Shown: piece after piece, positions 11,832 through 24,142 of the stretch
Layout: each line of letters begins with the position of its first letter
Position numbering within the stretch: the stretch's first letter is position 1
NCBI GenBank assembly: GCA_004764695.1
Contig: SMSO01000035.1
Span: 1,178,001-1,242,000, forward strand
Length of the DNA stretch: 64,000 bases
DNA from: Schizochytrium sp. TIO01
Taxonomy: Eukaryota > Protista > Bigyra: Labyrinthulomycetes
Direction: 5' to 3'
Notes under the pieces: generated by a model
The model's input: only the letters and a program-made list of their open reading frames with translations
What the model was told of the DNA's origin: nothing
Database searches by the model: none
Position numbers and translations under genes: made by a program

Positions 11832-12263
11832 TTACAACTTTTTATATACGGGCACAAGAATTAAGTTCTTCTTCAGACGGTAGCACCCATCCGTTCCGTC
11901 GTTGTAGACCCGAAAGCGAGATTCTACACCATGTTTGTAGTGCTCCATTTGTTTTGTCATTTCGGAGGGAATCAGAGGATATGATTTATCCTTAGAGCCG
12001 ATTTCTTTCTCTTGATTCGAATTCAAGTCGTTTTCTTCTCGCTTGAGAGAACATACCCTTCGGTAGGCACTTGTGTCAGCGTGAAGTGGCTCAGGGTCCT
12101 CGAATAGGTTGTTGATTTTTTGCACGGCTGACTGCAAGGATTTTACCCTCTGACTTTCGACCTTAATCTGTTGGTGCATACTCTTCAGACTTTCCTTAAC
12201 ATGTAGCCTCCTTACTCGCTGCTCTTCCTTCGTTTCATGTACATTCCTTGGAGAAAAAGACAT
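11832..12263 (-). CDS. Hypothetical protein (143 aa, coiled-coil-like N-half)
   Basis: ATG-initiated ORF with protein-like charged composition; no recognised domain. Confidence 0.4.
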   Translation of the reverse strand: MSFSPRNVHETKEEQRVRRLHVKESLKSMHQQIKVESQRVKSLQSAVQKINNLFEDPEPLHADTSAYRRVCSLKREENDLNSNQEKEIGSKDKSYPLIPSEMTKQMEHYKHGVESRFRVYNDGTDGCYRLKKNLILVPVYKKL

Positions 12264-13180
12264 TTGCGTCGTGCGATTTAGGCGATAATGAAGCGCACAA
12301 ACTGATCAAAAAAGCTATGAAGACGCAGAAACAGCTTTGTCTCTCTGTGTGTCTCTCGCACACACACACTCTCTTTCACGCGAGCAACTTCAAAGTTCTG
12401 CAGCTTATCCGCCCATATAAACGAACGAGGTGTCGTTTTCACCTTATCCTGCGCACAGATCCTCCTCGCTCACAGTTCTGCGTCGTGGTGTCTCTTGTTT
12501 TTTGGTGTTGCTAGTGCTTTCGTGCGTTGATGTTCTTGTAAATGTATAGGTAGCAGTATTGTTATAAAACAGGAACTCCGCGCTCACAATAAATAACTAA
12601 AACGAATTGCCTTACAACGCAGCAAGTTCTATTACCCCCGTACATTTTTGTTTCCCGTATATACTCCTACGCCTACATTTTCCCCTATCTGCCTCTTTAG
12701 CCCAACTACGCTCCCTATCAACTCCTAAACTTTCCCATAGGTAGCACCTGCTTGTCCTCTCTTTTCCTTCCCTCTTTCCCTGACCGATCTTTCCCTCTCT
12801 TAACTCTCGTATTTGTTCTCGTCATCTATCAACCGCAACCTTAACCTTTAATATAAGGAGGACACACTATCACGACTTCCTTTACCCCTACATAGCCTAA
12901 ATGTATAGCTGCACTATATTATTAATAAAACTTGTAGCATAATCTCGGGATAAAGTATTATCTATCTTTTGCCGGCAGAGAAATATGGGTTAAATCCGAG
13001 GGGGTAAATTTGTAGTGGCGGAGAATCCTGGGGCTGGCGCTGCGCAGCCGCCCACGAAGCAAGGAGGAGGCAGCCATACCTATCCACGGCGCGGGAAGAG
13101 GTTCGCGCGGGGGCCAGGGCCTTTGCGAGCGATTAGAACTCAGTGCGTGGAAGCATACGTCCGTCAATTTACTTTTACAG

Positions 13181-13902
13181 GTAAGTATTTTTCTGCGGGG
13201 GCGGGCCGCGCGTTAGTTGGCCTCATCATCATCAGCTGTCGCCGTCTTCTGCCACCTAGCAAGGCATAATAAGGAGGAAAACAGAGCAGCGCCAGGAGCG
13301 CTGGGTGGGCTTCTACTACTAAATATCTACTTGCGTGCTTTGTTGCTTGCGGAGAAGGATTGTGGCCTCTATCTCCTACCGGTTGTGTGTTGACCTTTGC
13401 CTGGGATATGGTGAGACTAACCCTTAGTGCTTTGTTTGTTGTATCTCTCTTCGACTGCGTTTTCGGGTATATCATTCTTTCTCTGGGTGATGATTGTGAT
13501 GACTCCCGGATGGATTCTGGGCGCGCGTTCACGATGGTTCTTGCGCATCTTCAATGTTCTATCTTCAATGCCATGTCATTCATAAAATTGTGAATATTCG
13601 TGTGCTGATGGTTACTTGTCTTCTCGTTTGCTGGATCGGACTTTTCGTTGGCTACTTTCTGCTTTGGTGATCCATTTGGCCTTACCTCTTGGCTTCGTTT
13701 CCTCCTCCTTTATTTTGATTTGGGGCTTTGGCTGCACTGTTCAAAATTAACTTTGGACATATACAACTGTGCATGGAAATCTGAACACCATGTGGACTTG
13801 GATTTGCTGATTGTCTCTGATTGATGATCTTTACCCTGACTGTGGAATGAATCTACATACAACCTCTTGCCGCATTTTCTATTCTCTTCGTGTTCTGCGT
13901 AG
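13181..13902 (+). other. Putative 5'-UTR intron of NDUFA9
   Basis: CAG|GTAAGT donor at 13181; pyrimidine tract and TAG acceptor ending 13902, 8 nt before ATG 13911; T-rich interior. Confidence 0.6.
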
Positions 13903-13910
13903 ATTACATC

Positions 13911-15059
13911 ATGTTGGCCAGATCTTCTGCCGTCTCGGCTCGCCGCACTGCCGGCGGTGCCGTAAGATGCTTTAGCGCTTCTACCGGCCTCGACAAGCCT
14001 CCTTCAAACTCCATTCCGCGCATGGACTTGTACAATGGTCTTCCCCAGGGCACTGGTGGCAGGCACTCCCGTGGTGGCCAAAACATTGCTATTTTTGGCG
14101 CCACTGGATTCCTCGGTACCTATGTTGTGAACGAGCTCGCCCGCACCGGCAACAACCTCGTCGTCGCTACCCGCGGCGATGATATGTCCTGGCGCCACCT
14201 CAAGGTATGCGCTGACTACGGTAAGCTTGTGCCCTCGTACATTAGCACCAAGGACGAGAAGTCCATCCGCGACACCATCCGTGGCTGCGATACTGTCGTC
14301 AACTTGATGGGCAAGTACTACGAGACTAAGCACGTTGTCCCCGGCATCATTAACTGCAGCTTCCGCGACGTCCACGTTGATGCTGCCGCCATGGTTGCCC
14401 GCATTGCTCGTGAGGAGAACTGCAAGCACCTCGTGCACGTCTCCTGCGCCTATGCCAACGCCGAGTCCAAGTCCGAGTTCGCTCGCACCAAGGCTGAGGG
14501 TGACATCAAGGTCACCGAGGAGTTCCCTGGTGCTGTCGTTGTCAAGCCCAACATCCTCTACGGTGAGGAGGATCGCTTCTTGAACCTTTACGCCAACGTT
14601 GCCAGTGTCTCCCCCATCGTGCCTCTCGTGGGCGGCGGTGACGCTGAGATCTACCCCGTCTACGTCGGAGATGCCGCCCGCGGTGTTGCCCAGTGCGCGG
14701 AGAACTTCGAGACTGCCGGTTACACCTACAACTTGAGCGGAAAGAACGCCTACACGCACAAGCAGGTTTGGGAGTACGTCATGCACCAGATTGACTGCCC
14801 CAAGGATCTCGTTGAGGTGCCCGGAAACATTGCTGAACTTCTTGGCAAGATCTCCAACATGGGCCCTGCTCCCTACTTCACTGATGATACCATTAGGCTG
14901 ATGCACGAGGTCTGCCCCTCTGCGTCTGGGGATGAGAAGGGCTTTGACGCACTTGGCATCCACACCATTGCTGACTTCGAGAGCAAGGCCTTCAAGTTCC
15001 TCTACCGCTTCCGTGCTGGTGGCCACTACGCCGACCTCAAGGAATCCCGGCCGCTTTAA
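13911..15059 (+). CDS. NDUFA9: NADH:ubiquinone oxidoreductase 39 kDa subunit (complex I, SDR-like), mitochondrial
   Basis: Presequence MLARSSAVSARR...RCFS; GTGGRHS, IFGATGFLGTYVVNELA, RHLKV, VVNLMGKYYETK, YGEEDRFLN, PVYVGD; strong codon bias. Confidence 0.96.
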   Translation: MLARSSAVSARRTAGGAVRCFSASTGLDKPPSNSIPRMDLYNGLPQGTGGRHSRGGQNIAIFGATGFLGTYVVNELARTGNNLVVATRGDDMSWRHLKVCADYGKLVPSYISTKDEKSIRDTIRGCDTVVNLMGKYYETKHVVPGIINCSFRDVHVDAAAMVARIAREENCKHLVHVSCAYANAESKSEFARTKAEGDIKVTEEFPGAVVVKPNILYGEEDRFLNLYANVASVSPIVPLVGGGDAEIYPVYVGDAARGVAQCAENFETAGYTYNLSGKNAYTHKQVWEYVMHQIDCPKDLVEVPGNIAELLGKISNMGPAPYFTDDTIRLMHEVCPSASGDEKGFDALGIHTIADFESKAFKFLYRFRAGGHYADLKESRPL

Positions 15060-15730
15060 ATCTGTCCAGTTCCCCCCTTTAGTTCCCGATTCATTGCTTC
15101 ATAAACAAGGAACAACCTTTACTACTATGATTGATCATCACCTTGCCCTATTACCTCTTCCCTTGCGTTGTGTGCCTTCTTCTCACCTTGCCCTCCTCCC
15201 CTTCAAAGTCATGTTATGCTTTCTGACATACCTTGTAAGTTAGTTTGCTCATTAAGCGAGCAAAACTAGCAACCTGTAAGTCAGGAATGTTTGCAGTGCA
15301 ATGTGCTAAAGATTGATTGTTTGGCATTATTATGATATTGCAATTAGTTTTGCTTCACTAATATTTTTTTTGTCGAGTTTTGATAAGGATGGTGTTCAGT
15401 TCTGCACATAGTAATTTGTGATGCAGCCAGGTTGTGCGCGAGTGAGAGAGAAAGAGCAAGACAAGACAAGAACTATGTTATACAGTGGTATAATCTAACT
15501 ATGATTAGATGTGTATTATGTATACATGTCATTTTAACTTTAATTTTCAAGTGGTGCTCACAACGTTTGATGCAGAATGCGAGGTCTCCTTCTTTCTAGT
15601 GTATTAAGGATAGGTCGCAACCCTGCACCTTGATTGCGTATCGAACATTTCGGCTTCAGACCAAGATGTAGAGACGAGAGAAGGGATACGTGTTTGAGCA
15701 ATACTATGCAGGCGGAATCAGATGATCCTA

Positions 15731-16387
15731 TTATTTGTGGTTTGCTTGTGCTCCCTCTCGTCGGGAATGCTCATTTGGTGGCGAGTGCCCTTGTTCAGAG
15801 GATGAAGATTGATTGCTATTAACAGATGTGCTGCTCTTGTCATTTTCGTCATCATCATCATTATCATCATCATCATCCTCGCTTTCAATATTGACATGCA
15901 CAATCTTGACACCAGTTTGTTGTGCAGAACCGATGCGAGGGGCTGAACCATTGAAGCGACTAGGATCTGGGAATGATTCCATGTCCATGAAACCACCCAC
16001 GCCTTCACGGTCATCAATCTCATGCGCTGGAGTTGGGTGACCATTAGTTGGCCACATGGTGAGGCCACGAGGTGGTTGCGGGTGTCCCTTCATTGGGTTG
16101 AGTTGTTCATACTCAGACATATCTGGTTCAGTCGTTGCAGGTGTAGATCGAGGTCCAAATGAAAACCATTTCGCTCGTGCAAGGCTATCATCGTAGCGAG
16201 CCTTTTGGATATCTTTGGCAATTCGTTTAACCTCAGCCTCAATCTTGCGGATCTCTTCTAGTGGCGGGTCTATGCGGCGCTCACCCCGTTGCTGTCTTAG
16301 GAGTAGATAAAACCCCAGTGCAAGCGTGACGAGGAAGAGAAATACAAACACCAAGGTTACTGCAAAAAGCGGTACAGAGAGCTCCAT
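15731..16387 (-). CDS. Hypothetical single-pass membrane protein (N-terminal TM, short coiled coil, acidic tail)
   Basis: GCCATGG start context; about 27-aa hydrophobic segment followed by RQQRGERR; poly-Asp C-terminal region. Confidence 0.7.
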   Translation of the reverse strand: MELSVPLFAVTLVFVFLFLVTLALGFYLLLRQQRGERRIDPPLEEIRKIEAEVKRIAKDIQKARYDDSLARAKWFSFGPRSTPATTEPDMSEYEQLNPMKGHPQPPRGLTMWPTNGHPTPAHEIDDREGVGGFMDMESFPDPSRFNGSAPRIGSAQQTGVKIVHVNIESEDDDDDNDDDDENDKSSTSVNSNQSSSSEQGHSPPNEHSRREGAQANHK

Positions 16388-19168
16388 GGCGGCCCTTTAA
16401 CGACTACACAGAAAACCAAAGTTTGTTTGCTCTTTCGTTGTTTTGAAGTCTCACTTCAGCGTACTCAATTAGAGTGAACTGAAGGAGACCAAGCAGAATC
16501 AACGTGAAGCGAAGAGCGAGCTGAGGTGTGGCGAAGTTGCTCGTCACTTTCAACCAGTTGCCAAAGGTACCTGTGCACGTGCGTTTTAACACGGAGATAT
16601 TATATTATGTTCAATGCAGTTCCCCAAATGTCTGTGTTGTCTCGCTGTCTCAAGGATTCCTCACTATGAAGGCTACACCCCACCACCGCAAAGCCCTGCT
16701 CGAACCTCACCGGGGTACGTCGTCTTGGTAAATAAAACACTGGGCAAAAGCCTGAGAACACAAGTAACAAACAGAAACAGCGAGCGAGTGAGTGAGCGTG
16801 TGTAAATGCGGAGCGCCGAGCTCGGCCCTTTGTGGTCTATGCGCTAAACCTTCGCGAGATCCGATGCCCAGTTTACTAATCAAAGGCCACCAGCCTGGCT
16901 GCCCAGACGCCCCGCGGTGGTTGCCGCGGGAGATAAGGGGACCTTGTCGTGGTGCCTTTGGAAACTGGACTTTGACAAGGTCAAACAGAGTAAACAGAGA
17001 TTAAAAATAAAATGAACAAATCATGCTAATAAGCCTTAATATGATACTCTACTAGCTAGCAAAGAGAGGGCAATATGATGAAGAACAAAAAGAAAGCGCA
17101 GAAAAACCTTACATACTATGCGGTTATATATTCTTGAGTTACTTTATTTTTCATAAAGAGTACCTACTAAGCTAGTTATCAGTATTTTCGATTTTTCAAT
17201 TAAAAACAACTACCTATTTGAAACTCTAGAGTAGACCTTCTAATCTCTCATTGATCACTATCAACGTTCAACTTTTATCATACGATATAAGGAGAGCCGT
17301 ACCATCACACATACTATGATTTTATTACTATATTTGCTCATAGGCATCCGAGTCGTTTCCATTTCTTTTTAATAAATCGAAAACATTACGTCAAAAGGCC
17401 TATATGGTCTTTGGTCCTCTCTTTATTTTTTTATTTTTTTCTATTTCTTTTTTGTATAGGCAGCCTATATACACTTAACTTATAAATTAAACTATCAACT
17501 TGAATGGTTTTATTTATATTTATATTTAATATATAAATATATAAATATATATTTTATTTATTTATTTTAAAATTACAACGGACCACGTGTAATGGAAAGA
17601 ATGTTCTGTGTAGGTTCTTCAAAGGTTCCGTACATACAAACAAACGTGGAATTAATCAAAGATTCTACCCAAATCTCTTTTCGCGCCGGCGCAGGAGGTA
17701 ACGGGTGCAGAACTGAAAGGCTCGAGGAATCATGATGGTCATCATGAGCATGCATGGTGTTTAGGATTGAAGGATTATCGTGGCCAGACTTAAAGTGCCC
17801 GCGAAGCAACCACGCATCCAAAACGGAAACAAGGGTTAACTGCATTGCTGGGGATGGGAATTCTGAAGTGATGACTGAGTTGCTGGACAGTGAAGGACTG
17901 TCTGCATCGGCAGAAGCGAATGTGCGCGAAACTGCGCAAAAGGTTTTGCAGTCCTCTCTGGGTAAACGAATCGGTCAAACAAAAGAAGGCCCAAGAACTT
18001 AATTCGCCGACGTCCCGCTTCTGATTAAAGTGGCCCGAGAAAAGACAAAATGAGAGGCTCGGATTCGAATGAACGCTTTCAATTTAAAAAAAAAAAAAAA
18101 AAAGTTTCAAAGCTGGAATTATTTATCTCATAGAAGAAAAGAATCGTGAATGCCTGGGGAAGTACTTTTTAGAATCTAAAAATGAAGGAAAACAAACTTG
18201 AAGCACTAGAAAAGCAGAACCATATATGTCCTTTTTTTTTCTCTCCTTTTTTTGCTTATTGTATACTCTTTACAACGTTTTTTAGATGCCCTAATGAAAA
18301 TAAAATGTGTCGTTCGTCCAAGATTTTTCAGTGCATCAGAAACAGACATGACCATACCAAAGGAGCTGAATCGTTTTAATTTGCAAATGTTGACGATGAG
18401 CCCTAAGGGTTGTATAGGTATCTTTTGAGTCTAACACAAATATTATTTAATTTTAAAATTAAAACCCATGTTTGCTGAGATTGCCAACAAAGTAAAACTA
18501 TGAAATTAATACTGTGCTCTTTTCAATAGTGCAACTAGCAAATCGCGAATCCTTAAGAAAAGAGTCGTCAGTTATTTAATATTTTTAATTGCGCTATGGG
18601 AAATAAAAATGCATAAGACAAAAAGAAGATACAAATGTCTTGGTAGGTACTTGTGATATAACATTTTGAAGATCAGGGTTTTGCAATTATCTAATGATTA
18701 TTCTGCATTTCTTTACTATTTACTGACTCACAAAGTCTTGGGTCTGTACAAGTAAAATGATTGCCAGGACCCGCCATGTACGCAAGTTCTTGTCAGAGTG
18801 AAAGTGCCAGATAGGATAATGATTTCTAATGCAGAAATACTAGTTTTGTGAATGAAAAGAGATGATAAAGATATTTTAGAATTCCAAACAAAGTGTGTTA
18901 GAAAAGAGGGAAACGGGATGAGGGCTATCTACTCGCTTCTTCAGTGCTTACTAAGAGTCCTCATCTACTGTGGTGTTTTAATCACTTGAAAAGAAGAAAG
19001 CCATCTAGAAGGTGGGACGCAAGCAAGTCACAACACGCGTACTTCATGCTCGTGCATTTTATGATCTGAGACGATAGGTCGATAAGGGTCATTAATGCCT
19101 CGAAATGTGTAAAAACAATCTTTCTTGTCAGCCGCCGCGAGAAGCTACCAGTGTGGTATTGGGTACAT

Positions 19169-20200
<1,032 letters not shown>

Positions 20201-20899
20201 TTATGTGTGCGCTAGGTTTCCTTGCTTTTGTTTCTGTTATGGTTATGTTGTCCAACAACGCAAGCAAAGTGAATGCCGAATAATTATTTTTGTTTTGTTT
20301 GCCGCCGCAGCCGCAATGCAAATGAAAAAGATTCAATTGCGCACATCAGTCCCTCAAATCGTCAGTCCCCCCTGTTCGTTCTTTCCTGCCATGTTCTTCA
20401 TTACAAATCTTGTCACGCGTTCTTTCACTACCTCCCCTCCTTCCTTCCTTCCTGCATTCATTTCTTTTGTTCTCTCGAAAATTTACTTTATCTTCTCTCT
20501 CTTGCCTTTCTTGCTGCGGTGGCCGAGCGCTTCTTCCCTTTTGGCAGTGTCTTCATCTAGAATTGTCGTCTTTCATGTCCGTTTCAATGTAGGTAGCAGA
20601 ACAAGAAAGATATTCGCTTCTATCTTTTTGATCTTGGACAACAACAACTTCATGCCTACTCTCCGTTCGCCGATTCGTTTGTTCGTACCAGTCGGAACCT
20701 CTGTAGTTCCTCCTGCTACATGACAGGAGGCTCAATTCGGCTCACACTAGATCGATAGAGGTGACGATGTACTTGAAGTGAAATGAAAGGAACAGAAAGT
20801 AAAGACTGGAATAGAAAATACTAGAAAAGAAAAAGAACAGGACGTTTCAACGTCACGAGTATCTTTCTTTTCCTAATTCCCAAGGCCGTCCACAACCCT

Positions 20900-23000
20900 C
20901 AGCGCTAGCTAGCCGCCAACACAGGCAAGACGGAGACGGCATAGCACACGGTGCTCGGAATCTTCAGCACATCGAAAGCGCGCATCCTAGAAGACACGAT
21001 CGGGAGCGAGCGAAGAAGGAAAGTACAGAAGCCGTCCCCTTTTACCTTATCAGACAGATAGATACAACACATCCTCTTTCGACCATCCAGAGTCCCCATC
21101 CATCAGGAGCACCAGGCGGCTGGTGACGCGGGCGAAACCGCCAGGAAAGGACTTGAGATGGATGGGCCAACCCTTCGCGCAGATGCAGCTCATCCCAAGC
21201 TCCAACACTGACTGGCCGGGGGCGCTCCCGCACAGCACGCCTTACTTACCTTGGAGTGAATTGATTCTGCTGCTCGGGTGACGATCTCTTTTTTCTTTTG
21301 TTTTAGATTTTCTAGGTTCTGCGCACTTGCGCTTCACATTTCCATACAAGATTATTATCCAAAAGCACTTTTCCTAGAAACTTGCCTGAGGCGCAGAGAG
21401 GAAGGCCTGAGGGAACGCCGGAACTTCGCCCCGTGTCCCTCACTTAACCATACCGCTATTTCGAGGCCCACTGACCCCTCTGTCCACTGACACTTTCTTG
21501 TGTCGGAAAATTCCAGTGGAGCCCTCACAAGATCAAAAGCTTGAACAGGCTCTCCTCTGGAGGTCTAGAGGACAGGGGAGAGAGCGTTGTAGCAGTAGGA
21601 CCGGAAAGATAATTGTGAGCTGCGCCAAATTACTACTCGTTCAAAGGGCAGTCCGGATCTTTCACCCCCTGCTGAGCGCGTCGTCACATACTCGCCCGCC
21701 TTCCGTCCCTGCGCAGCTGGGGGGTGCCCGAGGCTTGGTCAAATCCTTCTTAGCCTCTGCGTCGATGATTGACGAGCATAGATCGATGACGGCCAAAACG
21801 CGAGCACGGCCAAGAACCACCGCCTGCCTACAAACAATCCCTCAGCCGCCTCTGCCTGCCTCGGTATAGCTAGCAAGCTCCTCGGTGGCAATTTCTCTGA
21901 CTCACCGGCGCAGAATAAGTAGGTAATTCTGAGCATGATGGATTGGTTATGGATTTCTGAGAACCCTTCAAGTTGGGAAGCGTGCAATTACCTATCTTCA
22001 AGTGATGAGTGATCATGAATCACTCATGGAGGCTCGAGCATTTATTTCCGCGGCTCTGGTTTGATTTGGCGTGGGCTGCATTCACATTCACGAATTGAGC
22101 CTCAGTGGCCTTCGACGTCCAAGTTCGACGCCGGCTTTGGCCACATGCTCAAGGACGCCAGTTGTCCGAAAGAAGCTCTCCTCAGCAATTTGAAATCGTG
22201 GCTACGACTTGGCCGATTTTGATTATTGTATATCGAAGACGGCCTCCTTTAGGTTTCTTGGATGGTTGTCTTCGGCCTCGAGCCGTCGTTGAAGGCGGCC
22301 CCGAACCCGGAAAGTTGTCCTTCTCATTGACTTCGACGCCTTCGCGGAAAGCTTGCCTCCTTATTTGTGGCTCCAGCCGTCGCCTTTCCGGGAGGTTGCC
22401 GGGGCGCAGGATGAGGTTCGCAACATTTCGTCTGCTATCGTGTTTCCAGACGACTTCGATGTCTCTGCAAACGTCGAAAGAAACTAGCTGCAAATCCAAG
22501 GTCAAACCAGCAGGAACCTGGCGGCATCTCCCCCTCAGAACTTCAGCAGATCGTTTTCCAGATGCTACTATCTGGAGGCGATGCTCCTCTAGAGGCAGTG
22601 TGCACCAAGAGAGTAGGCACCTTCGCATTCCCGCCAGGCCTAAGAAGCGCGATAGGGAATGTGCTTCGGAGCTGATTGATCCTGCAACACGTCTCGATAA
22701 TATGAAGCTGGACTTTGAAGTTCGTCCTGGCATCCATTTGCCAACGTCCTCCTGGAATCTGTGCAGGAAAATAGGTGCCTAATACCAGTAGTCAATATTT
22801 GTGGCAAAAGACCCGACAAACTCGTAGCGGCCGCCGATGACAACTGATGATGCCGGCCCCGGCGAAGATGACGTAGTGCTCTTCTCGAACCACTTCATCC
22901 ACGCAGAAATCGTGGGTAACCAGAATATCTTTGAGCCTGGAAAGCGTGCGCTGTCTCTATTCCCAGTAGCAGTAGTTTTGCCAATCTTTCAATCTCATCT
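20900..23000 (-). mobile_element. Probable heavily decayed non-LTR (L1/Tx1-like) retrotransposon remnant; boundaries approximate
   Basis: Frameshifted minus-strand peptides resembling RT motifs in the right order: SII..AKKDLTKP (~21770-21730), LDLQ/QAFDLV (21568-21526), CAKGWPIHLKS, VLYLSV (~21070-21053), RMRAFDVLKIPSTVCYAVSVLP (~20990-20925). No YADD found. Confidence 0.45.
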
Positions 23001-24142
23001 CTCCATGGGTTTGGTAGGTAGATATTCACACAAACTGTGGATCCTGAAACGAGGCGAAACCGTGCGATGCTACGCAGAGATGTTCGCCGTATCTCCTGTG
23101 TTTTAGTGGAGTTTCCGCAATTCTAAAATAGGTTTTACGAGGCTAGATTTGGGAGCGCTTGGTCAAGCCTCTTCGAACTTGAACCGCAAGATCAAAATCA
23201 CGCTCGACCTAATGCTCTCAGTGGCATACGTACGCCAGCCAACGAATGTCCTAAAACACGACTAAGAGTTTCTATATGTATAGCTACAATTATACTATGT
23301 ATGTAGCATATGGGCACATGAGTCTTATAATAATAATAATCTGCCTATTTGAATTACTAATTGAAATCATTTACTTGAAAAGACTATCAGCATCTACTAC
23401 TTCACAGTTAGTATTGGCACCCGGAGCACCTGAATTCATGCATATCTATATATCTATCTATCTATCTATATATATATATGTCCAGACACCAGGCTGTGAG
23501 CATTATTGAAGTGCCATGATGACTTGCGAACCAGGAACACAGGAGTAGAATAGAGATTTCTGTGCCATCACATCTTCTTTCTCCTTTTTATTTTTTATTT
23601 TCAGGCGAAATGAGTACTAATGTTTTGGCTTGGGTTAACCTAAGCTAAAATGCTGCAGAACGAATGAACTTTAGTAGCAATATTAGTAGATACAAACAAA
23701 TGCCTTTGGACCACAGGACTTTGAATCACCTATAGACTGCTACGAAAGCCTGAGGTAAAGTCGCTTCACACTAGGAAGATCCTATGCATTATGTGATGTG
23801 TCGCACGGTGGATATGTGTCACACGGACCGGGTCTGGGGAAAGCGACAAAGGAGACTGTCGTGTGGATGATAAAACAACGATGATGGTATCCACCAGCAA
23901 GTAAGGCTAGACGTTTATTTGCATCAGCCACGGCCATTCACACATTTATGATGGGTCTTTTCATATAAAAGTGTCGCGGTCCGGGTTGGCGAGAAATACT
24001 TACAATTAGGGACGCGATAAAATTTCATATTATATATATATATATATATAATATGGGTTACTAGTTGAAGAAGCGAGAACCGAGACGCCAAGCAAATCCC
24101 CAAATGGGCTACGCTTGACCCTGTCACAAACGCGGCTTGTTA

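Noticed and set aside
13487-13608. Possible intronic C/D snoRNA (GTGATGA x2 ... CTGA) in the NDUFA9 leader intron
   Set aside because: No terminal stem and no rRNA-antisense guide that I can recognise; needs snoscan/Rfam
22005-22027. Perfect 9-bp hairpin ATGAGTGAT/ATCACTCAT
   Set aside because: Single short stem with no context; expected occasionally by chance in 64 kb
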